Below, piece after piece: positions 12,195 through 25,231 of a stretch of DNA of 64,000 bases; the first letter of the stretch is position 1, and each line of letters starts with the position of its first letter. The stretch spans positions 27,652,001-27,716,000 of the forward strand of contig NC_043009.1 of NCBI RefSeq assembly GCF_006345805.1, read 5' to 3'. The notes under the pieces were generated by a model. The model made no database searches. It was not told where the DNA came from and worked only from the letters and a program-made list of their open reading frames with translations. A program made the position numbers and the translations under genes. The DNA is from Octopus sinensis (taxonomy: Eukaryota).

Positions 12195-12979
12195 CTCTAT
12201 CATCATCATCGTCGTCGTCGTTGTTGTTGTTGTTATCATCCTCAACATCATCATCATCATCATAATCATCGCCGTCATCGTCATTGTCATCATCATCATC
12301 ATCATCATCATCAACATCATTGTCCTTGTCATCATCATTGTTGCCGTCATCATTGTCGTTGTTGTCAGCCTCATCATCATCGTCATCGTCGTCATTGTCG
12401 TCGTCGTCATTGTCGTCGTCGTCAATGTCGTCGTCGTCATTGTCGTCGTCGTCGTCATCATCATCATCATTATCCCCATCATCATCATTCTCATCATCAA
12501 TCACATCATTTTCATTGTCATTTAGACGTCCACTTTCCCATGCTTGCATGGCTCAGATGAAATTTACTGAGACAAATTTCTTCTACGAGTGGGTGCTCTT
12601 CCTTTCACCAACTCTCCTCTTTTCCCGATGGTTGAACATGGTTCTCCATGGATGACTGGAAATGAGCAACAGTGCTTGCATGAGAATAACCGTTCAAGTA
12701 GACCCCATCATGTAATGTCAAGAGAACAGGACACACAATAGAAACGCTCACACACATACACCTGCACACACACATACACCTATACACAGATGCATGCACA
12801 CACACCACACACACTGCACAACACTTTGAGCAAATGTCTTTTACTATAGCCTTGGGTCAACTAAAGCCTTGTGTGTACATTTGGTAGACTGAACACACAC
12901 ACACACACACATATATATAAGAAGCCCATTGTGTATGTATGTATTTATATATATATCTATACACATATATATATTATAC

Positions 12980-13010
<31 letters not shown>

Positions 13011-13232
13011 TACCCATATATATATATATGTCTGTATATATGTGTGTGTATGTGTATATATATGTATAGCAGGTTCCTTTCAGTGTCTCTCTACCAAATC
13101 CACTTACAAAGCTTTGGCCAACCCAGGGCTATATCAGCTGACACCTGCCCGATTTACCTCACAGTGGGATTGAGCCTGGAACCATGTGGTTTAGAAGAAA
13201 CTTTTTACTCCACAGCCAAACCTATGCCTGTA
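12195..13232 (-). mobile_element. SINE with family-A head and RTE-type 3' end, tail expanded into a (GAT/GAC)n array
   Basis: Head at 13070-13232 (ctaccaaatccact...ggaaccatgtgg), body 12520-12740 ending (minus) gcatgggaaagtggacgtctaaatgac, trinucleotide array 12195-12520; a + strand head fragment sits at 12815-12890. Confidence 0.65.
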
Positions 13233-14399
13233 TATGTATGTAACTATGTATGTGCATATATATATATATATATATAGTTATATATATATATCTATATATT
13301 TATATATACATGCACTGTGTGTATGTATGTATATATTTATATACATAAATATGTGTGTGTGTATATATATATATATATAGATAGATAGATAGATAGATAG
13401 CTGTGTCTGTGTGTGTATGTGTGAATGTGTGTTTGTGCAATGAATTAAAAGCAATAAGTAACACAAATAAAAGATGATGTAATACCAATTTGCAGAGTAG
13501 TGCGTACTTTTTTGTATTAATAGGTGGACATTCCATCTTTGTATTACAATTATTAGATTTACCTTTACCTAGCTTTTCGAGTAATGTCGCTAAGTCATTT
13601 ATTTCACCTTTATAGTGTGATTCTTTGAGAACAACAAAAGGCAAAACTAATTGTGTTTCAGTGGAAGTGCATTTCATTTGTAAGATGTGCGTTTCCAATG
13701 GCTGCTGTGTTTGCGACAAATTATTTGTGGTCATAGTGTGAATGTGTTGTCTGTGCCTACGTCTATTTTTTTAAGTACAATGCTTTACGTGTGTATGAGT
13801 ATGAGTGAATGTGTGTGTGTTTGTGTGCGTGTCTGTACTGAAATGGTCTAATGGTAGTTATAGTATGAATTTATTAGAAAAGGAAAGAAAAAATAAAATT
13901 CTTTTATGGTTCTTTGAAAAGAAGCTATTTTAGGTGAAAAAATTAGTGAGTTTATTGAATAACTCAATATGCATAGATTTTTGTTAAAAGGTCATAAGGT
14001 AACTACATAAGAGAAGGTTACTCTGATGTTTTTGTTTATTAATGCATGAAAAATTTTTTGAGAAAAAAAAAACGCAATGAATGGCTATGTTCTTTCCAAA
14101 CATCATGTTATTGCTGTTGGTAATAAGGTATGTCAGAATGTATTTTCACATGTGGGGGCATGATGGAATTATTTCAGTTTTTATCAATGTTTAGGTTTTA
14201 TGTTATATGACAGGTACTCTCACTAGGAGCTATAGCACAGCAAAAATTCAAATACATAGTTTAACAAAACTGGTTGCATTTGAGGTTCTTGGATATCCAT
14301 TTTGTTTGGCAAAAGAAAAAGAAATGTATGCATGATGGTTAGCATCTTCTGGTGTACGTACTTCATAATAAATGATTGTGTTTCTTGAAATACAATTTT

Positions 14400-14782
14400 T
14401 ATCTTTTACTCATTTTAGTCATTGGTCTGTGACCATTTTAGGACACTGGCTTTAAGGGTTTAGTCAAACAAATTTACCCCAGTACATGTCTTCAAGTCTG
14501 TATGTACTCTGTTGGTCTCTTTGGCTGAACTGCTAAGTTATAGTGATGCACACAAATCAATTCTGGTTGACGAGCAGTGGTGTGGGAGAAGCACAAATTC
14601 ATACACACTCCCTCACATAGACACACATACACACACACCAACACGGGGACACACACACACACAAACAGACACACACACCATTTTGTTGACCTGGGGTTAT
14701 CATGGAAGACATTTGCTCATGATGCCAAGCAATGGGACTGAACCCAAGACCACAAAGCTGGAAAGAAACTTCTTAAGCACAG
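14400..14782 (-). mobile_element. Family A SINE, degenerate
   Basis: cttttactcattttagtcattgg...gctgaactgctaagtta...gggactgaacccaagacc. Confidence 0.75.
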
Positions 14783-14899
14783 GACCTTATATATTATTTG
14801 TATGCATTTATAAAAGAAATATATGTATTAATCTCAAGTATTTGCAACTACATGAGTTATATAAATGTGAATATGCCTATATATCTATGGCTACACTCA

Positions 14900-14974
14900 C
14901 ACACACATAGGTAATTATATACATGTGCATATATAGATGCATTCATATGCATATATATAATATATATATATATG

Positions 14975-15009
<35 letters not shown>

Positions 15010-15014
15010 GTATA

Positions 15015-15086
<72 letters not shown>

Positions 15087-15168
15087 ATATATATGCATAC
15101 ACACACATATATATATATATATATATGTATGTATATATATATATATGCATACACACACATATATATAT

Positions 15169-15202
<34 letters not shown>
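14900..15202. repeat. (TA)n/(CA)n microsatellite block
   Basis: Directly visible. Confidence 0.95.
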
Positions 15203-15428
15203 GATTAGCAGTTTACAGTTCTTAACATTGGTGTTAAGGCCATCGTCAAAGCAATAAAGAATTTCTATGAAACACCGAGATAAACAAATAAGACATTATT
15301 GAACAATTCAATAAATAAACATAAAAAAAACAGACATAATTAAAACAATACTTTTCTATAATTATTTATAGCTCTATAATTATTTATAGCCACTAAAGAA
15401 TCTCTAACAGTGACTTCTGCTGTTCCAG

Positions 15429-15459
15429 ACATCGCCAAAATCAATCAGATTCTGGGAAG
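15429..15459 (+). other. Candidate 31-nt exon (TSPKSIRFWE in phase 0, DIAKINQILG in phase 1)
   Basis: Acceptor cttctgctgttccAG, donor AAG|GTAAAA; all frames open. Confidence 0.2.
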
Positions 15460-15774
15460 GTAAAACAAAGTTGTTTTGGTTTAATATTCAGTTTCCAAAC
15501 TGTTTGTGTCTTTAATAGAACAAGCAGTAAACAAACAATGAACCATATCTTCTATTGTGTTTTTTCACTTCCATGTCTCAGTCATTGAACTGCAGCCATG
15601 CTGGACACTACCTAGAAGAGTATTTCTGTCAAAAGAATCGACTCTAGTACCTATTTTTTTTAAAGCCTGGTATGTACTTTATAAGCCGTTTTATTGAAAC
15701 GCTAAGTTAAAACGATGTAAAGAAACCAGCATGATTGTCAAGTGGTGATGGGGAAGAATAACAAGCACAAAGAC

Positions 15775-15811
<37 letters not shown>

Positions 15812-15835
15812 TACATACATACATACATACATACA

Positions 15836-15864
<29 letters not shown>

Positions 15865-15866
<2 letters not shown>

Positions 15867-16260
15867 GTTCATACACATGTAGATCAATTGTGGAAATTAG
15901 CTGCCCATCAGATGTTAACATAAAGCTGAAGTTCAGTGAAAAGGAGAACACCTACACTGAATTATTGAGAAATCTGCAGTTACTCTATCCAGATTACAAG
16001 TTCAGTTTTATACCTGTAATTATTGGGGCCCTGGGATATGTAACACACTGCCTAAATACTAAGCTTCAGAAATTAGGCTTCTGAAAACTAGAAATGACAA
16101 AGCTTATTCGAAGATTACAGATGCAATCCATCACTGGAACTGTAAAAAATCTGTAAAACTTTCCAGAATTTATCTTTTAAATATATATTAGCATGTCTAA
16201 GTATGTGACTATATGCATGAGAATACATACATAAAACAAAACATACAAAACTGCACATAT
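15865..16260 (+). mobile_element. 5'-truncated RLE-type non-LTR retrotransposon (R2 group, R4/Dong-like) 3' end, copy 1
   Basis: Translates RSIVEISCPSDVNIKLKFSEKENTYTELLRNLQLLYPDYKFSFIPVIIGALGYV...F*KLEMTKLIRRLQMQSITGTVK. The E.SCP, EK..Y and IPVIIGALG motifs are typical of the C-terminal restriction-like endonuclease; ends in (CATA)n. Confidence 0.8.
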
Positions 16261-16303
16261 ACATACATACATACATACATACATACTACATACATACATA
16301 CAT

Positions 16304-16699
16304 ATGTTCATACACATGTAGATCAATTGTGGAAATTAGCTGCCCATCAGATGTTAACATAAAGCTGAAGTTCAGTGAAAAGGAGAACACCTACACTGAA
16401 TTATTGAGAAATCTGCAGTTACTCTATCCAGATTACAAGTTCAGTTTTATACCTGTAATTATTGGGGCCCCGGGATATGTAACACACTGCCTAAATACTA
16501 AGCTTCAGAAATTAGGCTTCTGAAAACTAGAAATGACAAAGCTTATTCGAAGATTACAGATGCAATCCATCACTGGAACTGTAAAAAATCTGTAAAACTT
16601 TCCAGAATTTATCTTTTAAATATATATTAGCATGTCTAAGTATGTGACTATATGCATGAGAATACATACATAAAACAAAACATACAAAACTGCACATAT
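16304..16699 (+). mobile_element. RLE-type retrotransposon 3' end, copy 2 (tandem, period 439 bp)
   Basis: Near-identical to copy 1; the one coding change I can see is GALG to GAPG (ctg to ccg). Confidence 0.8.
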
Positions 16700-16730
16700 A
16701 CATACATACATACATACATACAACATACAT

Positions 16731-16761
<31 letters not shown>

Positions 16762-17264
16762 AACAAAAATACCCTGATGTTGATATTAAAATTCGATCTA
16801 GGTTTGAAATTGGCTCTTTCTCTATTGGCAAAAAATCTTGAAATAAAACTGAACAATGACATACATACAGAAATACATACATATATACACACATATACAC
16901 ACATACAGATAGACAGACATACGATGGGCTTCTTTCAGTATCCATCTACCAAATTCACTTACAAAGCTTCAGTTGGTCCAAGACTATAATAGAAGGTACT
17001 TGCCCAAGATGCCATACAGTGGGACTGAACCTAGAACCAGGTATTTGGGAATCAAATGTCTTACCTCACAGCCACACCTACACCTATAGAGCTATGAAAT
17101 TTTAATGCATTTGGTGAAATTCTAGTTTGGCATGAAGGTCTTACACTGCATATAAGTACAGGAGGTTGAGGAGAGAATTTATTTGCAAGTCTTCCTTTGG
17201 CATCTCAAGCTCTTTAAATGTGTTTATTAATGGCAAAGTCATTGTATAAATATATATATAAATA

Positions 17265-17765
17265 AATGTGTGTGTGTATGCGTGCACGTGAGTGTATGTG
17301 TTTGTGAGTGTATGTGTGTGTATGTATGTGTATGCATGTGTGAATATTTGTCTGTGCATGGGTGTGTGCATGTGTGTGTATATGAGTGTGCATGTATGTG
17401 TATATGGTTATGTATGTGTGTATGTATGAGTGTATGTGTGTGTGAGTGTAATTGTGCATGTGTGTATATGTGTGTTTTTATATATGTATGCTTGTATGTG
17501 TCTACATGTGTGAATGTGTTTGTGTATGTGTGTATATGTGTATATGTGTATATGTGTGTTTGCGTAGATATATGTATATTTGTGGATATGCGTTTGTGTG
17601 TGTATGGATGTGTGTATATGGTGTTCATGTGTGAATATATGTATGTGAATCTTAGTACGCACAGGAAAAAATGTGTAAGTATGTGCATGCACGTGTATGT
17701 GTGTGTGTGTGTATGTATGTGTGTGTGTATATGCATTTAAATGTGTATGTATGTATGTGTGTGTT
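17265..17765. repeat. Degenerate (GT/AT)n low-complexity array
   Basis: Directly visible. Confidence 0.9.
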
Positions 17766-18224
17766 GGCTCTCCTTTATAACTCAGTATAACTACCAATTA
17801 CCAATCAGACACCTGAATGGAAATTCCTTCCTTCAAAGCATGATTGCCGCATTTGTAAGAGTATGGCAGACTGTTCTGGAATGGTGTGGCTGTTACACTT
17901 GGAAATATCTTCACCACATTCAAAGAAGACCATTTGGCTAATTGGCAAAGAATTACTCACACACACACACACTGCAGCAACCACAATTTCTACCAAACCA
18001 ATCAGCTTACTTCTTATTTAGAAGACTCCATGTGGCTGAATGGTCAAAGAGGTTTGCTTCCCAACCACGAAGTCCTGAGTTAATTTTACTTTAATTTTTT
18101 TTTTTTTTATAAAGACAACCATATTACAATGTTCTACAGACAGGTGCAAATGTTGCTATGCAATTATAAAGTTTCCTTCCTCCACATGGCACCTCGGTCA
18201 GGTGTCTACTATTGTCTTGGAATG

Positions 18225-18500
18225 AGTGAAGGTGTGGGCTCAGTGGTTAGGGAATTCAGCTCACGATCATAAGGCCGTGAGTTCAGTTCCTGGTACCACA
18301 TTTTTTCCTTTAGCAAGACACGACATTTCACATTGCTCTAGAGTACTCCACTGGCGAAAATGCATAGTACCTGTATTTCAAAGGACCAACCTTGTCCTAT
18401 TCTGTATCTGCTGAATCTCCCTGAGAACTACATTAAGGGTATTTGTATCTGTGGAGTACTCAACCATTTGTATGTTAATTTCATGAGCAGGCTATTCTGA
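18225..18500 (+). mobile_element. tRNA-derived Meta-type SINE (family B)
   Basis: tgggctcagtggttag A-box, gagttcagttcc B-box, ttagcaagaca...ttgctctagagtactccactgg, ctgaatctccctgagaactac; homologous to 29530-29822. Confidence 0.8.
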
Positions 18501-18814
18501 TGATGGTTTTTATATTACATCTATTATCATTTATAACCAATGAGAATGCATCGTAGATCTTAGCTCCGGCTTTTGAAACTCTGAGAACTATTATGACAAC
18601 TTACTGATTATCCAAAACTATACATATAACTACACATACAAATACATCCATACATACATAATGGGCTTGCTTCAGTTTGTGTCAACAACCAAATGTACTC
18701 CTATGTTTTTGGTTGTTCTAAGTTCATAGTGGAAACACTTGCCGAAGTAGTGAGCCCAAAAACATGAGGTTAGGGACCAGAATTCTCAATCACATAGCCA
18801 TGTGTGTGCTTATA

Positions 18815-19175
18815 TCATCATTATCATCATCATTTAACGTCTGCTTTCCATGCTGGCATGGACTGGACGGTTTGACTGACGAATGGTAAGCCACAAGACT
18901 GCACCAGGCTCCAATCTAATCTGGCAAAGTTTCTACAGCTGGATGTTCTTCCCAATGCCAACCACTCTGAGAGTGTAGGGGGTGCTTTTTATTTACTACC
19001 GGCATGCGTGCCAGTCAGGCGCTACTGGTAACGACCCACGCTCGAATGTTTTTTTTTATGTGCCACCTGCACGGGAGCCAGTCCAGTGGCACTGGCAATG
19101 ACCACGCTTGAATGTTGCTTTTCACATGCCACTGGCACATGTGCCAGTAAGGCAACACTGGCAATGATCACGCTT
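18815..19175 (-). mobile_element. RTE-type retroposon 3' end / RTE-tailed SINE
   Basis: (CAT)n tail plus tttaacgtctgctttccatgctggcatg...ctacagctggatg, shared with the RTE fragment at 48334. Confidence 0.8.
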
Positions 19176-19194
19176 ATGTATGTGTATATATATG

Positions 19195-19238
<44 letters not shown>

Positions 19239-19839
19239 TACATGTGTAAATGTGCTTGGGTATGTGTTGTGTATGAATATGTCCCCACAAATTCCAGCTT
19301 TCCTGAATGATATGGAAACTAATAAAAATGAAGACTTAAGGAAAAATCCGGAAATTTCTTTAGTAAATGAAAATTGTTTATTTAGAATAGAAATAGAGAC
19401 ATCATCTTAAAAGCTAGTATTTGCTGTGGTTAGTAGAAAGAATCTCTTTCAGGATATGAAGCCGATTCTAAAAAAGCCAACCAAACTTTACCAATGTTTG
19501 TTTTTTCATCGGAATAATTGTACTGTTTTTATATACTTATTTTTTTTTAGGTATTTTTTAAAACTTTTTTTTTTTGCCTTTCTTCAGAAAATATGGTATT
19601 TGGAATCTGAAATACCAAAGTTTTCAGGTCTATTGACAAACATAAATGATAATTCTTTACTTTTATAACAGAAGACAAAAATGTTTTGATACAAAAAGTA
19701 AAAATACAAATAAATAAATAAATAAACAAATATTATTGTTTACCATATAGGGAGGGAGCATGTATATAATAGTCATCTTATTTTTGCTTCTCACAGAATT
19801 ATTGAAAAGTGACTAAATTTCTACACATGCAAAAACAAC

Positions 19840-20045
<206 letters not shown>

Positions 20046-20414
20046 AAGTGGTTCTTCTGTTTTAGCAAGTATTTATCTAAGCTTATCAAACAAAACATGG
20101 AATGTTGTGAAATAAGTCTTTAAGACTTTCACAGGGTATAATGAAAGAGTGTACATGTTACTGTTATTGCTGATGGTGTTGTTGCTGTTATTTTAGTGTT
20201 TTTTAAGTTTGTTTTTTGTTTTTTTGCATTCGTCTAATCCTTAAATATATTTATCCTTGTCTAATATGTACAATTCACTTTGTTTTCTTTTGTTTTCGGT
20301 ACCTGCAAGAATATCTTTCTGTTTGTTCATATTTTGTTTACACAAAGGAAACGTGTGATATTTGATGAATGTGGAAGTGTCTACCTCAATTCAATTTTCT
20401 ATGAATATGTTTCC

Positions 20415-20433
20415 ATCTCTATCTATCTAACTA

Positions 20434-20464
<31 letters not shown>

Positions 20465-20496
20465 TTCTGTTTGTCTGTCTATCTGTCTGTTTATCT

Positions 20497-20547
<51 letters not shown>

Positions 20548-20624
20548 GTCTATCTATCTGTCTATCTAGCTATTTGTCTGTCTGTCTGTATAGGACATCA
20601 ACATCATTATCATTGTTGTCATTG

Positions 20625-20670
<46 letters not shown>

Positions 20671-20700
20671 TATCATCATCATCACCATTGTCATCATCAA
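20415..20700. repeat. (TCTA/TCTG)n and (TCA)n microsatellites
   Basis: Directly visible. Confidence 0.95.
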
Positions 20701-21616
20701 GATTTAAAGTTAAAGTCTGTCCTCTGTGCTGGTGTGAGGTTCTTAGGTATTTGACAAGCTAGAGGACTGCATTCAGTTCCAGTGTCCACTTTAGTATGCT
20801 TTTCTAATGCGACATGCTCTTCTTAACGCCAACCACTTAACAGAGTGCACTGGATACTTTGCCTTGTAATACTGGCAGTAATGAGGCATCCAAGGGACTT
20901 GTAAAAATTAAGAAAATGAAGAAAGAACTCTCTCGGCTGATTAGGACTATAGTAGAAGATTGCTGATGGTTTTTACATCAAGTATTGAAAAGCTGCTGTC
21001 TTCAGTTGGATGTTTTGACAGGATCCAGTATCATGAAGAAGCACCATCTTGCAAGAATATTTCAGTTTTAGCAAGGTTTCTGTGGCTGGATGCATTTCTT
21101 GATGCCAACTTCTTTACAAAGAGTACTGGATACATTTTTCATGGCACCAGTTCTAATAAAACTGCCGTGTTTCTGTGTACAGCATGTGAGAATAAACACA
21201 CACAAACATACATATATATGCACATGCCCTGGGGTTTAGGCTGTTGCATTCATAATCACTAGATTGGGGTTCTGATTGCCAGACCAGTGGTGCCTTGCAT
21301 TACAGAGCAAAACTCTTCATTTTGTGCTGCCCCACTCCACTCACCTGTAAATGGGTTACACTACAATGCACTGGCATTCTGTTCATGGGGAATGTTGGCC
21401 TGCGCATCTCACCAGCAGGGTGGCATTATTTGAAAAGAGATACAACAATGCAGGGAAGTGCATTGTGATCAGCTGTGTTTAGTAACATCCAATAGTCTGG
21501 TCAACACAGCAATTCAGTGATACACACACACATGCAAGCACATGCTCACACACACATATAATTATATGTATATGAGCGTAAGCATGACTGTGTGGTTAAG
21601 AATACATATATATATA

Positions 21617-22062
21617 TAGGTGCAGGAGTGGCTGTGTCATAAGTAGTTTGTTTCCCAACCACATGTTCCTGGTTCAGTCCCACTGCGTGGTACCTTGGGC
21701 AAGTGTCTTTTACTATAGCCTCAGGCTGATCAAAGCCTTGTGAGTGGGTTTGAAAGACAGAAACTGAAAGAAGCCCATTGTGTATTTATATATGTATTAT
21801 ATATATATATTATATATATATGTGTATGTGTGTGTATATATATGTATGTGTGTGTATGTTTGTGTGTCTGTGTTTGTCACCCCACCAACACATGACAACC
21901 GATGCTGGTGTGCTTATGTCCCTGTGACTTAGCATTTCGAGAAAAGAGACTGATAGAATAAGTATTAGGCTTACAAAGAATAAGTTCTGGGGTTGATTTG
22001 TTTGACTAAAGGCGATGCTCCAGCATGGCCGCAATCAAATGACAGAAACAAATTACAAGAGT
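21617..22062 (+). mobile_element. Family A tRNA-derived SINE, full length
   Basis: aggtgcaggagtggctgtg head, cctggttcagtcccactgcg B-box-like motif, ccttgggcaagtgtc, internal TA/GT microsatellite, 3' gctccagcatggccgca..aaatgacagaaac. Confidence 0.9.
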
Positions 22063-22085
22063 AATACATAAAACTAAATATATAT

Positions 22086-22117
<32 letters not shown>

Positions 22118-23798
22118 GTATATGTATATATATATATGTATATGTATATGTGTATATGTATATATATATATATATTATATATATATGTATATATCCATAT
22201 ATACACATATATACATGGGTGCATGTCTACATACATACTTGATGCTAGTTTTTACAAATAATTTGCATCTGTTTTCATTTAATTTAATAACCTGCAATAA
22301 TTACAAATCATCAAATTAACAGTTTTTACTGATGAAGTATAGTCGAGCACTCATGAACATACGTTTATTGTAATTTTTTTTTTATAGTCTGAAGAAATTC
22401 TGCACTCATTCCTCTGCCGGATGTTTCTAAGAATCTGTGGTTCAGTACAAGAGTGCTAAAGAGAACACGCATACACACACAGAGTAGAACCGACACCTGC
22501 ACTTAAAGGAAATACTTATTATGAAATATGAAGAAAATTGCCTCCAGGAACAGGAAAATAAAATTAAATAAATGAGGATTTTAATATTGAACAGGAAGAA
22601 CACCAACGGGGAATTATAACTACAATAAATAAATATAGAGAGAAAATTTATGTAATGTTCTATAAATAATATGGATTAATTAGTTTGTGTTCAATATTCA
22701 ATACAACTTTGGTATAGTCAGAACTGAATGAAAGTGTATGTGTATATATGTATGTATAAAGACATCATACACACACTGATACACAGGCACACTTAAACAC
22801 ACTTATGAGCTGTCATATATGTGGATGTATGTACGTATATACACGCTTTCTTTTTCCTTCACTGGTGTGTATGTATGCATGTATGTATAGATGTATTTAT
22901 CTACTGATTTATCTCTCTATGTATATATGTATATGCACACACACACACATATATACATATGTATGTATATTTATATATATATGTGTATGTGTATATAGTT
23001 ATGTGTATATGTATATACACAGATAAGTATACAAATGTATATTTATACGTATATGAGAGTGTATGTATATAGATATATATATGTATATATATTTACATAT
23101 ATGTGCATACATACACATGTACATACATATATGAATATATATAAATGCATGTATGCATATACATATATATCTATGTATATGTATCATATGATGTGAGTAC
23201 ACATTATAATGATGCATGTATGCACACACATATGTGCATATACATATATATGTACTCTCACATACCCACACCACACACATGCACACATGCATAAGCACAC
23301 ACACACATTCATGAAATATATCATAACTTTTTCTGCATCTACAACTGATTAATCTACAAGTTTGACCAATTTTGAAACACTTCTGCCAATGGTTGTCCAT
23401 CAGATTTGACAACAGCACACTTCTTCACTTGTGGAGACTTTGGTGTGTGTGTATGTGTGTGTTTGTGTGTGTTTGTGTGTGTGTGTGTGTGTGTGCAAGT
23501 ATGTGTGTGCGTGTGCATTTGTCAACAACAGAGGAGGCAGCGATGTAATTGATTAGAAGATTGTGAATGCTTTTGGCTATGCTTACAATGAGTCTTCATA
23601 AGTCAGGAAACTATAAAGGAGATTTGTCATATTTCATCACTGTAGTACCCTGTTAGGGGTACTATGATGACAATAAACACTCCACACACCTGAAATCCAT
23701 GCTCACTGTTGCAGAAGATATCTATGCTTTATAACGAGACTGGTGCATGAGCTTATGTAATGAGGTGGTGCACATCTCTTGGTATCTGTAAACATTAA

Positions 23799-24369
23799 CC
23801 CTTTAGCAATCAGATTCCTTTGTCAAATATAATGCTTTTACAGCCATATTGTTTTGAATTGATCATGTATCATCTTGTAGCTTCAAGAATTTGATGATGT
23901 GACTGTTTATTTTTAAAATGACGTTGTGGGGCAAAATGAAGGGGCATGGCTCAGTGGTTAGAGTGTTGGGCTCCCAATCATGAGGTTGTGAGTTCAAGTC
24001 CCAGACCAGGCCGTGTGTTGTGTTCTTGAGCAAGACACTTTATTTCACGTTGCTCCAGTTCACTCAGCTGTAGAAATGAGTTATGACGTCACTGGTGCCA
24101 AGCTCTATCAGCCTTTGTCTTTCCCTTGGACAACATTGGTGGTGTGAAGAGAAGAGGCTGGTATGCATGGTCAACTGCTGGTCTTCCGTAAACAACCTTG
24201 TCCAGACTTGTGCCTCGGAGGAGAATTTGTAGGTGCAATCTCATTGTCATTCATGACTGAAATGGGTCTTTACTCTTTGAGGTAAATTTGAGAAATAGGA
24301 TCTGGTGGGTTTGAATATTTAACAGGTAGAATATTTTGGTTGGATGAAGCTGGTTTAAAAGCTAAAAAC
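23799..24369 (-). mobile_element. piggyBac-like MITE interrupted by a SINE
   Basis: TTAA-CCCTTTAGCA terminus at 23795-23808; body is the reverse complement of the 50789-51008 element; degenerate other end gctaaaaac-TTAA at 24361-24373. Confidence 0.75.
23939..24278 (+). mobile_element. tRNA-derived Meta-type SINE nested in the MITE
   Basis: ggggcatggctcagtggttagagtg A-box, gagttcaagtcc B-box, ttcttgagcaagacactttatttcacgttgctccagttcactcagctgtagaaatgag, ctttactcttt tail. Confidence 0.9.
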
Positions 24370-24937
24370 TTAAACACTATAAAACATTCAAAGTTATTTG
24401 ACTTGTATAAGAGCAAAATAGCAATCCTTTGGGTTTTAGAAGAAAATGTCCTCTCTGGATGGTATTACCAGAAAATCCTTTGCTACTGATGTACTGATAC
24501 CAACAAGAGAAAACCATTACTCTTTGGTGCTGGTTTGGGCAGGAATACTATCCTCAGAACCAAGTTAGAAAGATTCTTTTGGGTACTCTTTTCTATGGTA
24601 TATATATCATAGAATCTGGTATATATATATAATAGAATCCCTAATAGAACAGAGACAGGCAATGCTATGTGGCTAAAAGGTATTATCCTGGAATATGAGG
24701 TTTCAGGTTTGGTCCCACTGCATATCACTGAAGGCAAATTTCTTCTGCTATAGTCTGGTTAACCAAAGCCTTGCTAATGGAATTCATAGACAGAGATGGA
24801 AAAAAACTGTGAGTGCATGTGTGTGCGTTTGTGTGTTTGTGTGTGTGTAAACATACAGATGTATGTTTGTTTACATTTGTGCTTCTCTATAAATTGTAGA
24901 GCAACAAGCAGTGATATTGTTGTTGTTGTTTCTGCAG

Positions 24938-25014
24938 TCAACAAATCTTCCACTGCCTTAGCACATACAAAAACCTTTAGAATAAAAGATCCTAACTTAG
25001 AAAAACATTTGAAG
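24938..25014 (+). other. Candidate 77-nt exon (xNKSSTALAHTKTFRIKDPNLEKHLK, phase 1-0)
   Basis: Acceptor ttgttgttgtttctgcAG, perfect donor AAG|GTAAGT at 25015; only one frame is open. Confidence 0.45.
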
Positions 25015-25193
25015 GTAAGTGATAGAAAGAGCATCTGGCTTTAAAACAATGCTTCAGTAAAACTTTCCTCTAACTCATGCTAGCATAAAAAATCAGATGT
25101 ACAACTGAACAAATGGAGGAATGAATGATGATTCCAAATTGTATGGAGTGTATAATATTTTGCTCTATATGCTCCTTGTGTGGCTTACTTCAG

Positions 25194-25231
25194 TATCTAA
25201 TCAACTGTTATGGCAACTAGACCTAAAGATG
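25194..25231 (+). other. Candidate 38-nt exon, possibly containing a start codon (MATRPKD)
   Basis: Acceptor ggcttacttcAG, donor ATG|GTAAGT at 25232; gttATGG in a good context with an in-frame TAA upstream. Confidence 0.3.

Larger units (their letters stand above)
15565..17085 (-). mobile_element. Family A SINE split by insertions in its internal microsatellite
   Basis: 3' half at 15565-15780 and 5' half at 16925-17085, flanking the RLE duplication. Confidence 0.7.

Noticed and set aside
13300-13734. 144-aa minus-strand ORF with a protein-like N-terminal half
   Set aside because: No recognisable motif, runs into microsatellite, and lacks convincing splice sites.
15865-16740. Direct repeats or spacer-like units as a possible CRISPR array
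   Set aside because: Eukaryotic context; the repeats are a retroposon tandem and microsatellites, with no constant repeat/unique spacer pattern and no cas genes.
21617-21700. tRNA-like A/B boxes here and in other SINE heads
   Set aside because: No complete cloverleaf; each continues into SINE body sequence, so they are not tRNA genes.
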